Source of the DNA: Vicugna vicugna
Taxonomy: Eukaryota
Assembly: GCA_013265495.1 (NCBI GenBank)
Contig: MU058366.1
Location: 62,001 to 126,000 of the forward strand
Reading direction: 5' to 3'
Length of the DNA: 64,000 nt
The notes under the pieces are model-generated. The model did no database searches. It was not told the DNA's origin and saw nothing but the letters and a program-made list of their open reading frames with translations. A program made the position numbers and the translations under genes. Below, one piece after another: positions 1-14,233 of this stretch; within the stretch, counting starts at the first letter, position 1; every line of letters begins with the position of its first letter.

Positions 1-644
1 TGACGTTTATCAAGTGCTTCATACGTGCCAAGCACTGGTCTCATCACATGACATGTATTAACTCCTCAATCCTTCTGGTAACTCTCTGAGATCAATACCA
101 TTATTATCTCCACTTTACAGATAAATTGAAACAGAAAGAGGTAAGGTGTCTCAAACAGGTTTACTGCCTTAAGGATCTCAGTCTAAGAAGGAAGGCAAAA
201 AGCAAAGAAAACTTTACAGTATGGTGAAATAATTTACTATAATGAAATTGTCTACAAAGTGAAGTGGAAACATAGATTTGTCTGGTGAGTCAGGAAAATC
301 TAACCAGGAGAAATAGTTTCATCTAGGCTGAGGCTGAACTGTGGGGAAAGCGCTATGTTATGGGTCAGTATGTGCAGCACAAAGGATGTGTGTAGAGGAA
401 GCTGGGACTCAGTGATGTGAGAGTGACTTCCTGTGTCAGGAAGTAGTCTGGGAATTCAATAAGCACACTTCCTACTCGTTCTCATCATTTATTCCGCAGC
501 TTCACACAACATTGGTATCTGCTTCACCTGCACATTGAAGGTAATACTGGGCATATGTGTGTCAATGTAGATTCTTCTTAACCCAGTAATTAATTTCAGA
601 AGGTGGTATGTACATTTAGAATAAAATGTTGTTTTCATTCGTAG

Positions 645-800
645 GTGGATTTGTTGGCACCAATGATTATTCACAGCATCATGACCCAGGGTGCCCGTCA
701 GAAATTCTCCAGCTTGTACATCTCTCAGTTCATCATCATGTATAGTCTTGATGGAAACAAGTGGCAGAGTTATCGAGGGAATTCCACGGGGACCTTAATG
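645..800 (+). CDS. F8: Coagulation factor VIII exon 22 (C1 domain)
   Basis: gtag|GTGGAT acceptor, ATG|gtatgt donor, 156 bp; VDLLAPMIIHSIMTQGARQKFSSLYISQFIIMYSLDGNKWQSYRGNSTGTLM matches FVIII C1. Confidence 0.98.
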
Positions 801-1369
801 GTATGTAATGGGTCCTTTCAAGGGAATGCATGAATCTTTTAAAGAGCTTTTGACAGATTTCACATATGGAACAAATACTCATAGCTTCTACACATTCAAC
901 CCCCGGAAAAGAATTTTCCACTCATGGGCAATAGGAGTGATTATGGACATATGGACAAAAAGTGGTAGCATCAAGGATCTCACAGATAATAGAAATGAAG
1001 AGATGCTCTATTGACAGAAATATGTGATTCAGGACTATGTCGATTGACAAGATTGTGAGTTTGCTTGTGAATATTCTAGGTCTGAAGTGCTAGTATGGCA
1101 ACCAGACTCAAAAACACAGCAGCTTCATCTACGCTTCCCTCATTCTTCCATCCTCTGATGAATATCCCCAAGTCCAGCCAGCTCTTTCTTTCTCATGCCT
1201 CCCGTGTCACTTTGGGGATCCTGTGATCAGTCCCCTGCCTAAAGCCTTTTAATGTCTCCCTCTTGTCTTCAGAATAAAGTTCAAAGTCCTCAAATGGCTC
1301 TGTGCAGGGTAACTCCTGTGCGCTCTGTAGCTCCAGCTTCCTGCTTCTCTGCCCTGCTTCTTGTTCTGT

Positions 1370-3330
1370 GAGCCTGGCCTGTGTGGAACCTATCAGTAGG
1401 CTACCTTAGCCTCTAGCTTTTCATTTGGGCTTCACCAACAGGGAGAACTGGCAAGAGATCAGAGGAAGGGAGGAGAGTGATAGCAGGATATTTATTCTCC
1501 TGGCTCCCTCCTGGTAGAGGATTTGGCTGTATCTCTCCACTGAATGTCACTTTCTCTACCTGTTCCTGTTACTACAGCTTAGTACCAAACTACCTCAAAA
1601 CTTAGCGTCATTAGAAAACTCATTTTGTTTTGTTGTTGAATTCTGTGAGTCAGGACCTTGAACAGGGTACAGCAGGGGTGTCCTGTCTCCCTTCTCCACA
1701 ATATCTGGGGCTCACCTGGGAAGATTCAACAGCTGGGTGTGGAGTCATTTGGAGGCACCTTTACTTGCATGTCTGGTGGTGAGGCTGACTAACCTAACCT
1801 GGATTTCTTACACGGCATCTTAGGGACTCCACTTTGAGTGTTCCAGCTAACAAGATGAGACTACATCACCTTTTCTGATCTAGCCTCTTAAGTCACCAGG
1901 ATCTCTTCCAATACATTCTATTAGATATAAGCAGGTCATATATCCACCCAGATTCAAGGGGAAGGGACACAGACCCAATTCTCAATGGGAAGAATGTAAA
2001 GAATTTGTGGTCTTTTTTGTAAACCACCACAAGAACCTACCTAATTTTTCCTTTAGGATTCTTCTTTTCCTCATTCCTCCAGGCCTAGGGATGGTAATAC
2101 CCTACCCTTACCTTCCTAACTAGTACCTTTATTAAGCTTTCCTCAAATTGTATTAATTTTAGTGTTCCCTGTTTCTTGCTAGAACCCTGTCTCATACAGT
2201 AATTGGTGCCAGCAGTAGACTGAGGTAACAGGAATTCTAGGATTATGTCACTAATATATTCAAGGAACACAAGTATAATTCTTGGATGTTGGGTAATCCA
2301 TAGCATGTGGTGGCATCAAAATTCCTCAGATTATCACCAGTGATACTATGGGATGAATTTCAGATGGTGAGGAAAATACTGGGAGATTAAATTGACAGTG
2401 CCAGTTAGTTGCCATGGCAACAACGGTAGTATCACCTAATTGTATAGAAACCTGTCTTCTTTTTATGGACTTTCTTTTTACAGCATACATAAGCAAAAAA
2501 GAATATACACAAAGAAGAGCACCCATGAACATACACAGAGAATCAGGACGCATCCATGGAGCTCTGAAAGAGTCTTCCGTGTCCTGTGGTTGTAGGCAGA
2601 TACTTGGACTTAAGATCAAATCTAGAGGATAAGCATATGAATTGCAGAGTTGCAGTGATAATTAAGTGGTAAATCCTACCAGGCCTATTATGCTAAGGTA
2701 AGGGCACTGGTAGAAAGGACTGGAACCCTGAGACCTGTGATGAGGCTGAGAATTGCAAACCTCCACACTGCCCTGAACCTCCTTTGCCTGAGGAGGCATC
2801 TTTCCCTAATCTCTGAAGCAGCCATCCCTTCCCTGAATAATTCTTTCAGTGACCACACCTGGAATACTTGCCTCACAAGCCAGTGGCTAGTCTCCTCAGA
2901 GCCCATGGTTGGCCACTGGCAAAGCCAGATGAGTCATGGAAAAATGATGGATCATCACAAGTTAGATCAGGTGATGATAACAAAATTGCAATTCCAGGTG
3001 TGGTATCTCTTCTGGAACAAATTAACACAGCCCCAGACACTGGATATGGAACTTCAGACCTGGAAAATGCTTTGTTCTTCATTCACATTGGGAACCAAAA
3101 TTAGAATATTTACACTTACAAAGTAGGAACAAGAGTATTAACTTTGCTGATCATGACTCAAGGTGATGCCACTTCCCCTTTCCTTATCATAATATAGACC
3201 CAAGGAACCCCAACACCTTGACATCCCACAGAACACCATACTGGTTGGCCCACTACATTGATAACATTATGTTGATAGGGCCTGGTAAACAGGAAGTAGC
3301 AATCACTCTAAACACTTTTGTGATTAATAT
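1370..3330 (+). mobile_element. Ancient ERVL provirus remnant (LTR16-like LTR, PBS-like site, degraded pol) interrupted by a MaLR LTR at ~1570-2030
   Basis: PBS-like aattggtgccagcag ~2201; pol fragments WPLAKPDESW, VVSLLEQINTAP..DLENALFFI and HYIDNIMLIGP..QEVA (degenerate YxDD). Confidence 0.75.
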
Positions 3331-3355
3331 ACACACACACACAGACATAAATATG

Positions 3356-3397
<42 letters not shown>

Positions 3398-3398
3398 C
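3331..3398. repeat. Compound (CA)n/(TA)n/(TG)n microsatellite
   Basis: Visible dinucleotide runs. Confidence 0.85.
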
Positions 3399-3400
3399 AT

Positions 3401-3908
3401 TGTCTACTAAAAGAAAAATGCACAATGTGAGAGTTGTGAGTTAAGGTTTATTCAGGGTCTTCCTAAGGACTATAGTCCAGGAGACAGCCTCTCAGATACA
3501 TAGCTCTGAGAAACTGCTCCAAAGAGATTGGGGGGAGGCTAATTCATATTTTTTTATTAAGGAATATATGCATCCAAGCATAAATCTTGGTAAAAGATTA
3601 CTGCTAGTCCCAAAGAACAGATATCTCAAGTTCATGATTATAGTGCTTTTCTATGTGTGGGAAGATGCACGATTCAGGGTTCATCAAAATTCTTCCTAAA
3701 ATGCATCTTAACTATTGAAGGGCCTGTTTGCCTAAAGCACAGAGCCTCCTGTTATCGTCTGTAATTTCCTGTCCAGAGCACAGAGTGCCTCATCCTGTTA
3801 TTGCCTTCATCCTTCCCTCTGCAGCACCACGTGCTGTCCATCAGAGACTGCAGCATATTAATCTTTGTAGGCCTAGATGGTAAGCAAAATGCTCTTCTTT
3901 CGTTTGCA
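3401..3908 (-). mobile_element. Solo LTR, probably ERV1 class
   Basis: TG...CA ends; minus-strand AATAAA (tttatt ~3447); motifs resemble recalled artiodactyl LTRs. Confidence 0.6.
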
Positions 3909-4154
3909 GTGTGCTATGTGTGCATACAGATATTAGCATGTCTTGTTCCTGACTTTCATGAGAATGGATCTCATATTTTACTGTTTAATATAATGTTCAC
4001 CGTTAGTTTCAAAGAAATATTTTTCTCACGCTTAAAAAGTTTCTTGCTCCTCCTGCTTTATTTGGAATGGCTGTAGAATTTCATCAAACGCTTTCTCAGC
4101 GTCTAATATGATCTCATTTCTCCTCTTTGCTATTATCAAATTATCCTTACGTTC

Positions 4155-4300
4155 AATGGTGTGCTGGCAAATGTTTAACAACCGGCTTTGGGGTGAAGTC
4201 GGGGGCAGTTAGGGGGACAGGCCTTTATTTGTAGCGTTTGCTGATTTCCATGATGTGCATATTCCCATCACACCCGACTTCAAGCCGAGTGCAGAGTTAG
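4155..4300. mobile_element. hAT MITE remnant (MER63-like)
   Basis: Terminus-like tggtgtgctggcaaatgtttaacaaccggct. Confidence 0.5.
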
Positions 4301-4365
4301 GGGCAGAGGCTCCTGTGGAAACTGCCCTTCATCATGGTGTATTAATCACTTAAAATTTATTGCTA

Positions 4366-4512
4366 GGGGGTATAGCTCAAGTGGTAGAGTGCATGCTTAG
4401 TATGCACAAGGTCCTGGGTTCAACCCCCAGTACCCCCTCTAAGAAGATAAATAGTTAAGTAAACCTAATTACCTCCCCTCTCCCCAAAAAATAAAACGTT
4501 TTAATTAAGAAA
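4366..4512 (+). mobile_element. tRNA-derived SINE (Vic-1-like)
   Basis: A box tagctcaagtggtagag, B box gggttcaaccccc, A-rich tail. Confidence 0.85.
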
Positions 4513-5214
4513 ATTTTAGCTGGATCCAACTTGCTAACATTTTATTTAGAATTTTTCTATCTACACCAATCAGTAAAGTTGGTTTACCTTTTGGGGGGTG
4601 CTGTATTGATCAGTTTTTGGCATGAGAGTTATACTAAACTTGAAAATAAAGTGTAAAAGCTTCCATCTTTTTCCATTAAACTATGGCTCTAGAATACTTC
4701 AATGTAGTAATCATGATTAATGAAAGTTAGATGGAAAACCCACTGTGCCTTATTTAGTGGTAATACTTAACCTATCTTTTCTGTTCCTTATCTGATTGAT
4801 ATTCTCATTTTGTTACCTGTAGTTAGTTGCTGTGAATGTGTACATTAAAGTCCTGTCTCCCTTCCTATGCCACACCTTAATCTACACACACGCACACATA
4901 TGTCTCTTTTTTCCCTTGTCAGTGTTGGTTTTTGTCTATTCTATTGGATTGTCAAAAATCAACTCTTGGTTTTAAAATCAAACAGATTTGAAGGTGTCGT
5001 TTTCTAATTCATTCATTTCTGTCCCAAATTTTTTAAATTCTCCTTTACTTTCTTTTGGTTTATTTTATATTTTGTTTATTAGAATCTGGAGTTAAGTGAC
5101 CAGTTCATTTATTCTCAATCTTTCTTGTTCAATGACAAAGATAGAATAGTCATTAACTACCCACAGGAGGGTCACTCCTCCAGCAGTTATTGAATAACTA
5201 CTATTTTCCAGGTG

Positions 5215-5395
5215 CATAAGCGGGAGCCCCTGGATTTGGCCTACAAACTGCCTTTATATGGACTAAGAGTGAAGAATGTTTTTACGTGTTTAAAGTTTCA
5301 AAAACAAAGAAGACTATGTGACAGAGAATATCTGTGGCATAAAAAGAATTTCCATCTCCTTCTTTACAGAAAAAGTTTGTGGACTGGTGGTCTAC
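5215..5395. mobile_element. hAT-Charlie MITE (MER58-like)
   Basis: gaagactatgtgacagaga...ctttacagaaaaagtttg motifs. Confidence 0.55.
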
Positions 5396-7363
5396 TCTAA
5401 TGGTAGTAGAGACACCTAGACAGTTAACATTAACCAGAACTCTTCCATCCCAGAGTTTCCCTAATCTACAGTTTTCAGTCTTAATCATCTTCCTCCAGTA
5501 CAGCGGCTCTCAAAAGTTTTGATATCTGTGTATGATTCATATACAAAATATTTTTTTCATAAGCAATACTTCTCATCCTAGAAGTCCCTCTTAAAAGGGG
5601 GGAAGGGAAACTGAAATACCCTTTAAGGATCATTGCTTTACTGCCACTATTTTCAATATTTTATGAAATTTTGAATGTTAGTTTTGAATTGTCAATGAAC
5701 ATTTCAATGATGCAGTTTTTTCCCTCATTCTCAAGTTAAAAAGAACACTAATCAAGTCCTTTTAAACTATTTATCTTTGGTCATGTTAAATCAGTGTTAA
5801 TTTTGAAACAAGTTGATACATAGCAAGAGAATTCTGTCAGAATCACTGTAATCTGGCCTTGGCCCAGCCATCTGTACTATGAAGATTCTGAAGGAGATAC
5901 ATAAATGAGGCAACAGCAAAAGCGTTTTCTAAAATTATTCTCGTGTACCCAGCACCAGGCTATGGTAATCCCTCCCCCGACCTCCTCAATGCAATTTCAG
6001 ACTGGAGGTCTAAGGAGGCATTTCCTTAAGCCGGAACCCAAATGCTATCACCAGTCACACGTGTCCTAAGGACAGTAAGGCAGCCGGCCAGGACTGCAGC
6101 CCAGAGTGGAGAAGAGTGTACCTGAAAAAGGAAAAGCACAGAGGAGCATGCGCCCTTATCACCTTTGCAGTAAGGTGGACTAGGCTTTGGGGCTCCAAAG
6201 GACCGATCCTGGCGGCCAAGTGAGAGCACAGGACCAGGGGCTGAATCTGCCCGCCATGGGCCTCTCCCCTATTTCCTTAGCCATTGCTTCCACACTGTTG
6301 AAACAGAAGTGGAACAGAATACCCTAAAAGCCCCGCCCATTTTGAGGCGCTTAATTCAGAGTGACAGCGCTCCACACGGTCTCCCTCCCTCCCTCCCCGA
6401 CCCCCAAATAGGCAAAACCAAAATCTGCTCCCAAAGGGCGTCCTTAAATCTCACCCCCAAAGATGAGTGCTGAACACTCAAGCTTCAGCCTAAAGGATGC
6501 ACTTTCCCAAGCTGAATGATTGAGGGTGAGATTATGTTCTGAAGAGGTCTTGTTACCACTCCTCTCAAAACTAAAGAAAATAAAACTGAATTAAAACGAC
6601 AAAAACAAAAAACAGCCAACTCGGTTTGCATGTAACATTCGGACCAAAAAGGCTTGGAACTTTAGTGTTTAAAAATGGAACGCCACCCCGTCTTCGGGGA
6701 ACAAGGACACGGTCTGGCACATACAGGATCGCAAATACCAAAGAAGCATGCTGATTTTACATATCTGAGTTACGTAAGAGTCGCAGAAAGATCCCTCCTA
6801 CAAATGCAAGCTGTCACGTGGACTGCCCGTCCCTCTCGGAACAGAACCTGAACTGAGGATTCCGAGGCACGTCGGACACATTTGCGCCGGAGCCCACCCC
6901 ACCCGCACCCCAAGCCCACCCCCGGCCCGGCTTGGCACCGGACACAGGTGCACTGCAGCCGTCGGAGTAAGACCGCATCGCATAGGCTCTTTGTGACTCA
7001 TCGCCTGGCGCAGCCCGCATCCTAGGCACACTGTCCATTTCAGACGGACGAATACGTCTGGCAGCTAAAAGGGAACTGTTTCTCCTTTCTGCCTCCTGAC
7101 ATGGAGAGAAGGTGTTCCCGGTTCATAGATGAAGTAAATCTAAACCGCAAGTTACGAGTCTCAGAATGGCTTTCACGGATTTGGGGCTGTGGCGGCAGCA
7201 ACGTTGTACTGGATCAAATGATCCCACGGACGAAACAAAGGAGAAATTGGTTGATCACACAGACATCAAATAGGCTCAGGAATCGGTCACCACAAACAGA
7301 TCACATAGCTCAGGGATTTAGCCAGACCTGTGCAAATTAACCCTCACTAGGGAACAAAGACGC

Positions 7364-7422
7364 GGGGGGGGGGGTAGGGGGAACGGGGGGGGGGGGGGGG
7401 GGTGTGGGGGGGGGGTGGGGGG
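7364..7422 (+). repeat. Poly-G tract cluster
   Basis: Five G runs of 5-18 nt separated by 1-3 nt. Confidence 0.9.
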
Positions 7423-7636
7423 CTGGTAGGGACAGTTCGGTGAAAAGATACAGGGGTGACAGGGACTGTCACGTTCGTGCTGGGTGCAGGAAGAGAGCCA
7501 TGTCCACCACTCCGATTCTATCATATTGTTTTTTTCTCCCACTATTGCGGAAGTAAGGTAACTTTTCGTCCACTTAAGTGTTAGGGTGGCAACAGGAATA
7601 AGGCGAACAAAGGCAGAACCTCCGGGACCATCGTCT

Positions 7637-7642
7637 TTTATT
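7637..7642 (-). terminator. Candidate proximal poly(A) signal for F8A1
   Basis: tttatt on + strand is AATAAA on -, about 75 nt past the F8A1 stop. Confidence 0.4.
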
Positions 7643-7717
7643 TCCCCCTAAACGCAAAGGTGGATGCGTGAGGTCTGGGAACAGGCGAGAGGGAAGTCAC
7701 CGGGATCATGTGACTCG

Positions 7718-9145
<1,428 letters not shown>

Positions 9146-9873
9146 CTAGGCGACAGCTTGTTTACGCGGGTTGCTACGCAGGGCATCTCCCAGCATCTTC
9201 TAGAGAACACGACCCAAAACTAAGCTCTTGACCCCACAGGACCCTAGTGCCGACTTGGCGTATTTCCTGATTGTTTCCCGCCCACCCCGTCCCCCATCAC
9301 GCCTCAACCTTCCCGTCAAAGCCCCAGCCCCAGTGGAGTTCGCGCCAAGCGCTCGGTCCACGCGTCCATTCCGCACCAGAGTTGCCATCTCACGTCCGCC
9401 TATCTATTACGACGCTGCGGCCATGGTCTTGAGCGCCACCGCAAGGACACTGTCCTCCTGCAGACTTCCGCCTGGCTCTGACCCGCTCGGAGCCAATGGG
9501 GGAGACTTCCGTCGCCCAGCCTCAGCGCAGACCCCACGCCACCCCTCCCCCACCCCAGTCGGCCTCTCCCATGCCCAGGGCCACCCCAGGCACTGTCCCC
9601 GTGAGACACCACTCCTCTCAGTCACCCCCTCACCACCACCACGTCCCACCCCCTAGGCCAGACCCCTGCCACCGCCCCAACCTTCCAACGAGGGATGTTC
9701 CACAACCACCTCCCCCGCAAAGTGACTGAAGCATGCGCACATGGGTTTCCGAAAAAACACTATTGATTTCCAATGACTTTGCCCAAGGCACCGGGCAGGC
9801 CGCGGCTGCCCCGGCTGTGAGCGGGCCTGGCGCCCGACGGCCGAGGCCCGGAGCCGCAGGTCATGTTGGGCAG

Positions 9874-10224
9874 CTACTGCCGGGCCGGGACCACTTGGGA
9901 AATGGTTGTGGTCCCAAAGAAGCCACCGAGGAGTGCACTGTTGTGGACCGCCAAGTCCACGAACTCTGGAGTGATGAGCCTCCTGCCGCTGTTGTGGGCC
10001 TCGTTGCCCGCCAGCTCCAGGACCTTGGCCGCCAGGTACTGGATGATGGCCGCCATGAAGACCGGTGCGGTGGAGCTCAGGCGCTGGGCATAGCGGCCCT
10101 CTCGCAGGAGGCGCTCCGTGTGGCTCACGGAGAACGACAGCTCGGCTCTGGTGGTGCGGGAGCAGGAGCGGTTCCGCCTCTGGTGACCACGGGATGACCC
10201 TCGACGGCTGTTTTCCTTCGGCAT
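9874..10224 (-). CDS. H2AB1: Short histone variant H2A.B (H2A.Bbd), intronless, 116 aa
   Basis: Arg-rich N-tail, SRTTRAELSFSVSHTERLLREGRYAQRLS...KVLELAGNEA...TTTISQV, truncated C-tail; next to F8A1 as in human int22h. Confidence 0.93.
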   Translation of the reverse strand: MPKENSRRGSSRGHQRRNRSCSRTTRAELSFSVSHTERLLREGRYAQRLSSTAPVFMAAIIQYLAAKVLELAGNEAHNSGRRLITPEFVDLAVHNSALLGGFFGTTTISQVVPARQ

Positions 10225-10430
10225 GCTGGGCGTAGGGTGCGGTTTCTCCCACTGGCCTAGCTCTGCGGTGCGGCGGGATGCTGGGCGAGGCGGTGCGGTG
10301 AGATGCAGTGGGATGTGGTTCGGCGAGATGAGGTGCGGGGGGATGAGATGTGGCAGTTGATCCCAACGTCTGCAGACAGCGGGTATCCAGGCCTCTACTC
10401 CGCAGCCTAGCGACCACGGGCTGGCCCCTC

Positions 10431-10515
10431 ATTGGTCAGGGCGCACGCCCCGTGACACGTAGATCCCGTGACGTCACTGCTTTCCCATTGGCCCCCAGCC
10501 CCCGCCCCCGCCCCT
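10431..10515 (-). promoter_or_regulatory. H2A.B proximal promoter: two CCAAT boxes, palindromic CRE, GC boxes
   Basis: attgg at 10431 and 10487; GTGACGTCAC 10468-10477; cccgcccccgcccc ~10501-10515. Confidence 0.65.
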
Positions 10516-10659
10516 GCAAAGGGCCTGGGCCTGCAAAGAAGTGGTGCTGGCAGGATGCTTGCTCACCTGCTCGCTGGACCCTCTCTTTGAGGGAACTCCC
10601 ACTGTCCATGGGACGGGAACTCTAGGATAAGAGCAAATGGCGGACGATCCAGTGGTACC

Positions 10660-11849
10660 AAGTATACACTTGCGGTGTTGGGCCACCGTCACAGCCATCT
10701 AATTCCAAAACGTTGAAACCACCCCCAAAAGAAGCCCCTGTACCCGCCAGGCAGTCATCCCCACTGCCGCCGCCTGCAGTTTCCCCCACCCCACTCCCAC
10801 CCCCATAGTCCCCAGGCGACCACTAATCTGCTTCCTGTCCACAGAAGTTGGCCTGTGCTGGAGACTTCCCGGAGACGGAATCATACAATACAGAGGTGGC
10901 CTTTTGTGTCTGGCTGCTCTCACCTAGGGTAACATTTTCATCGTGGTTCATCCACCTGGTAGCACAATCAGCACTTCATTCCTTTTCATGGCCGAATAGT
11001 ATTCCACCACATGGCATGACCACACAGGTTGTGTATCCTCTCCTTAGCTGGTGGACATTTGGGTGACCGCCACCTTATGCCTGTTGTGAATAGGCTGTGG
11101 CGAGCATTCCTGGACAGGGTTCTCTTTGAACACCTGTTTTCAATTCTTTGGGGTTTATACCTACGAATAGCTTTATGGGTTTACTTCTGGACTCTTCATT
11201 CTACTCCACTGATCTATGCCAGTACCACATAGTTTTGATAACTGTAGCTTTATGCTAAGCTTTGAAAGAGGCAAATGTGAGTCCTGCAGCTTTTTTCTTC
11301 TCTCCCAGGATTATTTTGGCTATTCAAGGTCCCTTGAAATTCCACATGCATTTGGGATTGGATTTTACATTTCTGTGAAACAGGTCATTGGGATTTCGGT
11401 AGGGGTTGCAGTAAATCTGTAGATAAATTCGGGTGGTATTGCCATCTCAACATTATTAAGTCTTCCAGTCCATGAATGCTGATATTGTTCCCTTTTTTGG
11501 GGTCATTTTAAACGTCTTTCAGCAGTGCTTTGTAGTTTTCAGTGCACAAGTCTTTACCTCCTTGGCTGAATTCATCCTATGTATATTTTATTCATCTATC
11601 TTATAACTGTTGTCAGTTTTACGTTTGGACTTTTCATTGCTAGTATATGGAAATACAACTGATTTCTGTGTGTTCGTCTTGTGTACTTCAACATTGTTGA
11701 GTGTGCTTATTAACTCTAATAGCGTTTTGTGAATTCTTTAGTGTTTTCTGTGCGTAAGATCATGTCATCTGAGAACAGAGATACTTTTACTTCTTCCTTT
11801 CCAATTTGGATGCCTTTCTTTTCTTTCTTTCCTTCCTTCCTTCCTTTCC

Positions 11850-11908
<59 letters not shown>

Positions 11909-12540
11909 TCCTTTACTCATTGCTCTTGCTAGGATTTCAATGACAGCCTTGAGTAGAAGCACTAAAAGCAAGCATTTTTCTTTTGCTCCTGATGTTAGGG
12001 GAAGCACTTTCAGTCTTCCACCACTGAGTATGACATTAGCTATGGGAATTTCATAAATGCCCTCTAGTGTGTTGAGGAACTTACCTTCTATTCTCAGTTT
12101 GCTAAGTGGTTTTTATCATGAAAAGTTCTTGGATCTTGTTGAATGCTTTTCTGCATCAATTCAGATGATCATATTGGTGTTTCCCCCTCTATTTTATCAT
12201 GTGGTGTTGATTAATCAGTTTTCTTATGTTGAGCCATCCTTGCTTTCCTGGGAAAATTCTTATTTGGACATGGAATGTAATATTTATTGTATGCTGCTGG
12301 ATTCCATTGGCTAAAATTCTTTTGAGGATTTTTGCATCTATATTCATGAAGACTATTGGTCTGTAGTTTTCTTCCTTGTTGTATATATGTCTAGCTTTGT
12401 TATCAAGGTAACGCTGGCCCTATAGTGTGAGTTAACATGTTTTTACCCCTTTTCTATCTTTTGGAGGAGTTTGAGGAGGATTGCCATTAATTCTTATTTA
12501 AACATTTAGTAGAATTCACTAGTGAAGCCACCTGGCACAG
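10660..12540 (-). mobile_element. Old L1 (L1M-type) 3'UTR and ORF2 fragments, containing a (CTTT)n microsatellite at ~11815-11890
   Basis: Antisense ORF2 motifs (gatcatgtcatctg, tttccaatttggatgcc, ttttgcatctatattcat). Confidence 0.85.
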
Positions 12541-13470
12541 TTTCTGGGACATAATAAATGGAATCAAGGATTTATATAGTCATTAACTATTTGTTGAATT
12601 AATACACTGTCTCCCTAAGAAGGTTTCTAATCAAGAAATAAGAATTGAGTTTAAATGAAGCAGATATATTTGTCAAAAATAATGCTGTGATTTCTGGGGT
12701 AATAATATAAATTCATTAATATTTTTATCCCATAAGAAGAAAAAAATGTTACATGGCAGAACAGATATTTTAAATCCTCATAATACTATAACTCTGCTGT
12801 CTGATTATATAACAGATGTGCATTGATTCCTGTTTCAGTGTATTCAGTCACATACAGGATGCCAGGTGTTTCCTGAGAGATGACTTTCAACTTTCCTTAT
12901 AGTATACGCCATGGTTTAAATCTAAGCCTTTTGAATGGGCATTGCTACTGTATTTCTCAAACTGTGTTCCTTTTCCCTTAAATATGTCACGTACTTTTCT
13001 CTAGAACCTAGGCACGCCAAGGTCCTAAACCCCATATGTTGGATATATTAATGCCCCACATTTCACACACACAGCCCATTCTTGGAAAATCATTCTGAGA
13101 ACAGCGTGGTATGCTGCTTACTCCCAGTTCTCTTTCACAGCTTATTCTGCCCCAGGGTGGTGGGTGCTTCTCAAACTTCATGATCTGATTCAGTTGATCT
13201 GGAATAAGGCTCAAGACTATGCATTTCTAAGTGCTCCCAGGTGATTCTGTTGCTGCCGGTCTGTGCCCTACACTGGCTTAGGGAAGGCCTGAGTGGCTTC
13301 CTCCACTTTAATGAGCCTTTTACAGGACTCCCAAAGTAGACCTAATCTCCATTGTTCCATTCTTCTTCCCGTGGTTTTTGTCCTTCACATGTTATTTCTA
13401 ACATCTGTCTAGCCAGGGTGGTTTCATTTGAGTGTGGGGCGCTGTTGAGAAATACACAAAGCAAAATTAG

Positions 13471-13713
<243 letters not shown>

Positions 13714-14084
13714 TAGCCTTCCCTCTCCCAACCATGGGAAGGGTGACTAACCATCCTAGTTTTCCTGAGACTAGGGGAATTTCCCAGGACACAAAACTAT
13801 CCATGCTAAAACCAGTACATTTGTCATCCTAATCATGGGATTCCCCAGGGGCAGCCACCTCCTACACAAGGCAAATTATTAAAAAATTAACAAGGCAAAT
13901 CAAAGTCAGACAGAGCTGAGCAGAGCTGACTAGAAAATATGGGGCATGTTAACAATAACGTGCAAAAGTTAATGCCTTTGAAATGATGTCGTGATGATGG
14001 TAGCCCTAGAATGTCAGTGGAGGCATGCCAGCAGAACCTCGGCTGCATCTGTTCCTTGTGATTACATCCTTTCATTTCTTTGAG

Positions 14085-14233
14085 GTTGCAGCATGCCGCT
14101 GGGAATGGAGAATAAAGCAATTTCAGATACACAGATTACTGCCTCATCCCACTTAAACAATATATTTGCCACCTGGTCTCCTTCACAAGCCCGACTTCAC
14201 CTCCAAGGGAGGACTAATGCCTGGAGACCCCAG
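14085..14233 (+). CDS. F8: Factor VIII exon 24 (C2 domain)
   Basis: tttctttgag|GTTGCA, CAG|gtaaga, 149 bp, phase matches exon 23; [50 protein letters not shown]. Confidence 0.97.

Noticed and set aside
2868..3330. Reverse transcriptase-like peptides as a possible domesticated gene
   Set aside because: Fragmented across frames with large deletions and YIDN in place of YxDD; a decayed ERVL.
4366..4440. tRNA-like sequences here and at 16 other sites
   Set aside because: SINE heads with A-rich tails and target-site duplications, not tRNA genes.
9653..10432. 259-aa minus-strand ORF and other ORFs overlapping H2A.B
   Set aside because: Alternative-frame openness in GC-rich DNA; only the 116-aa frame has a histone fold.
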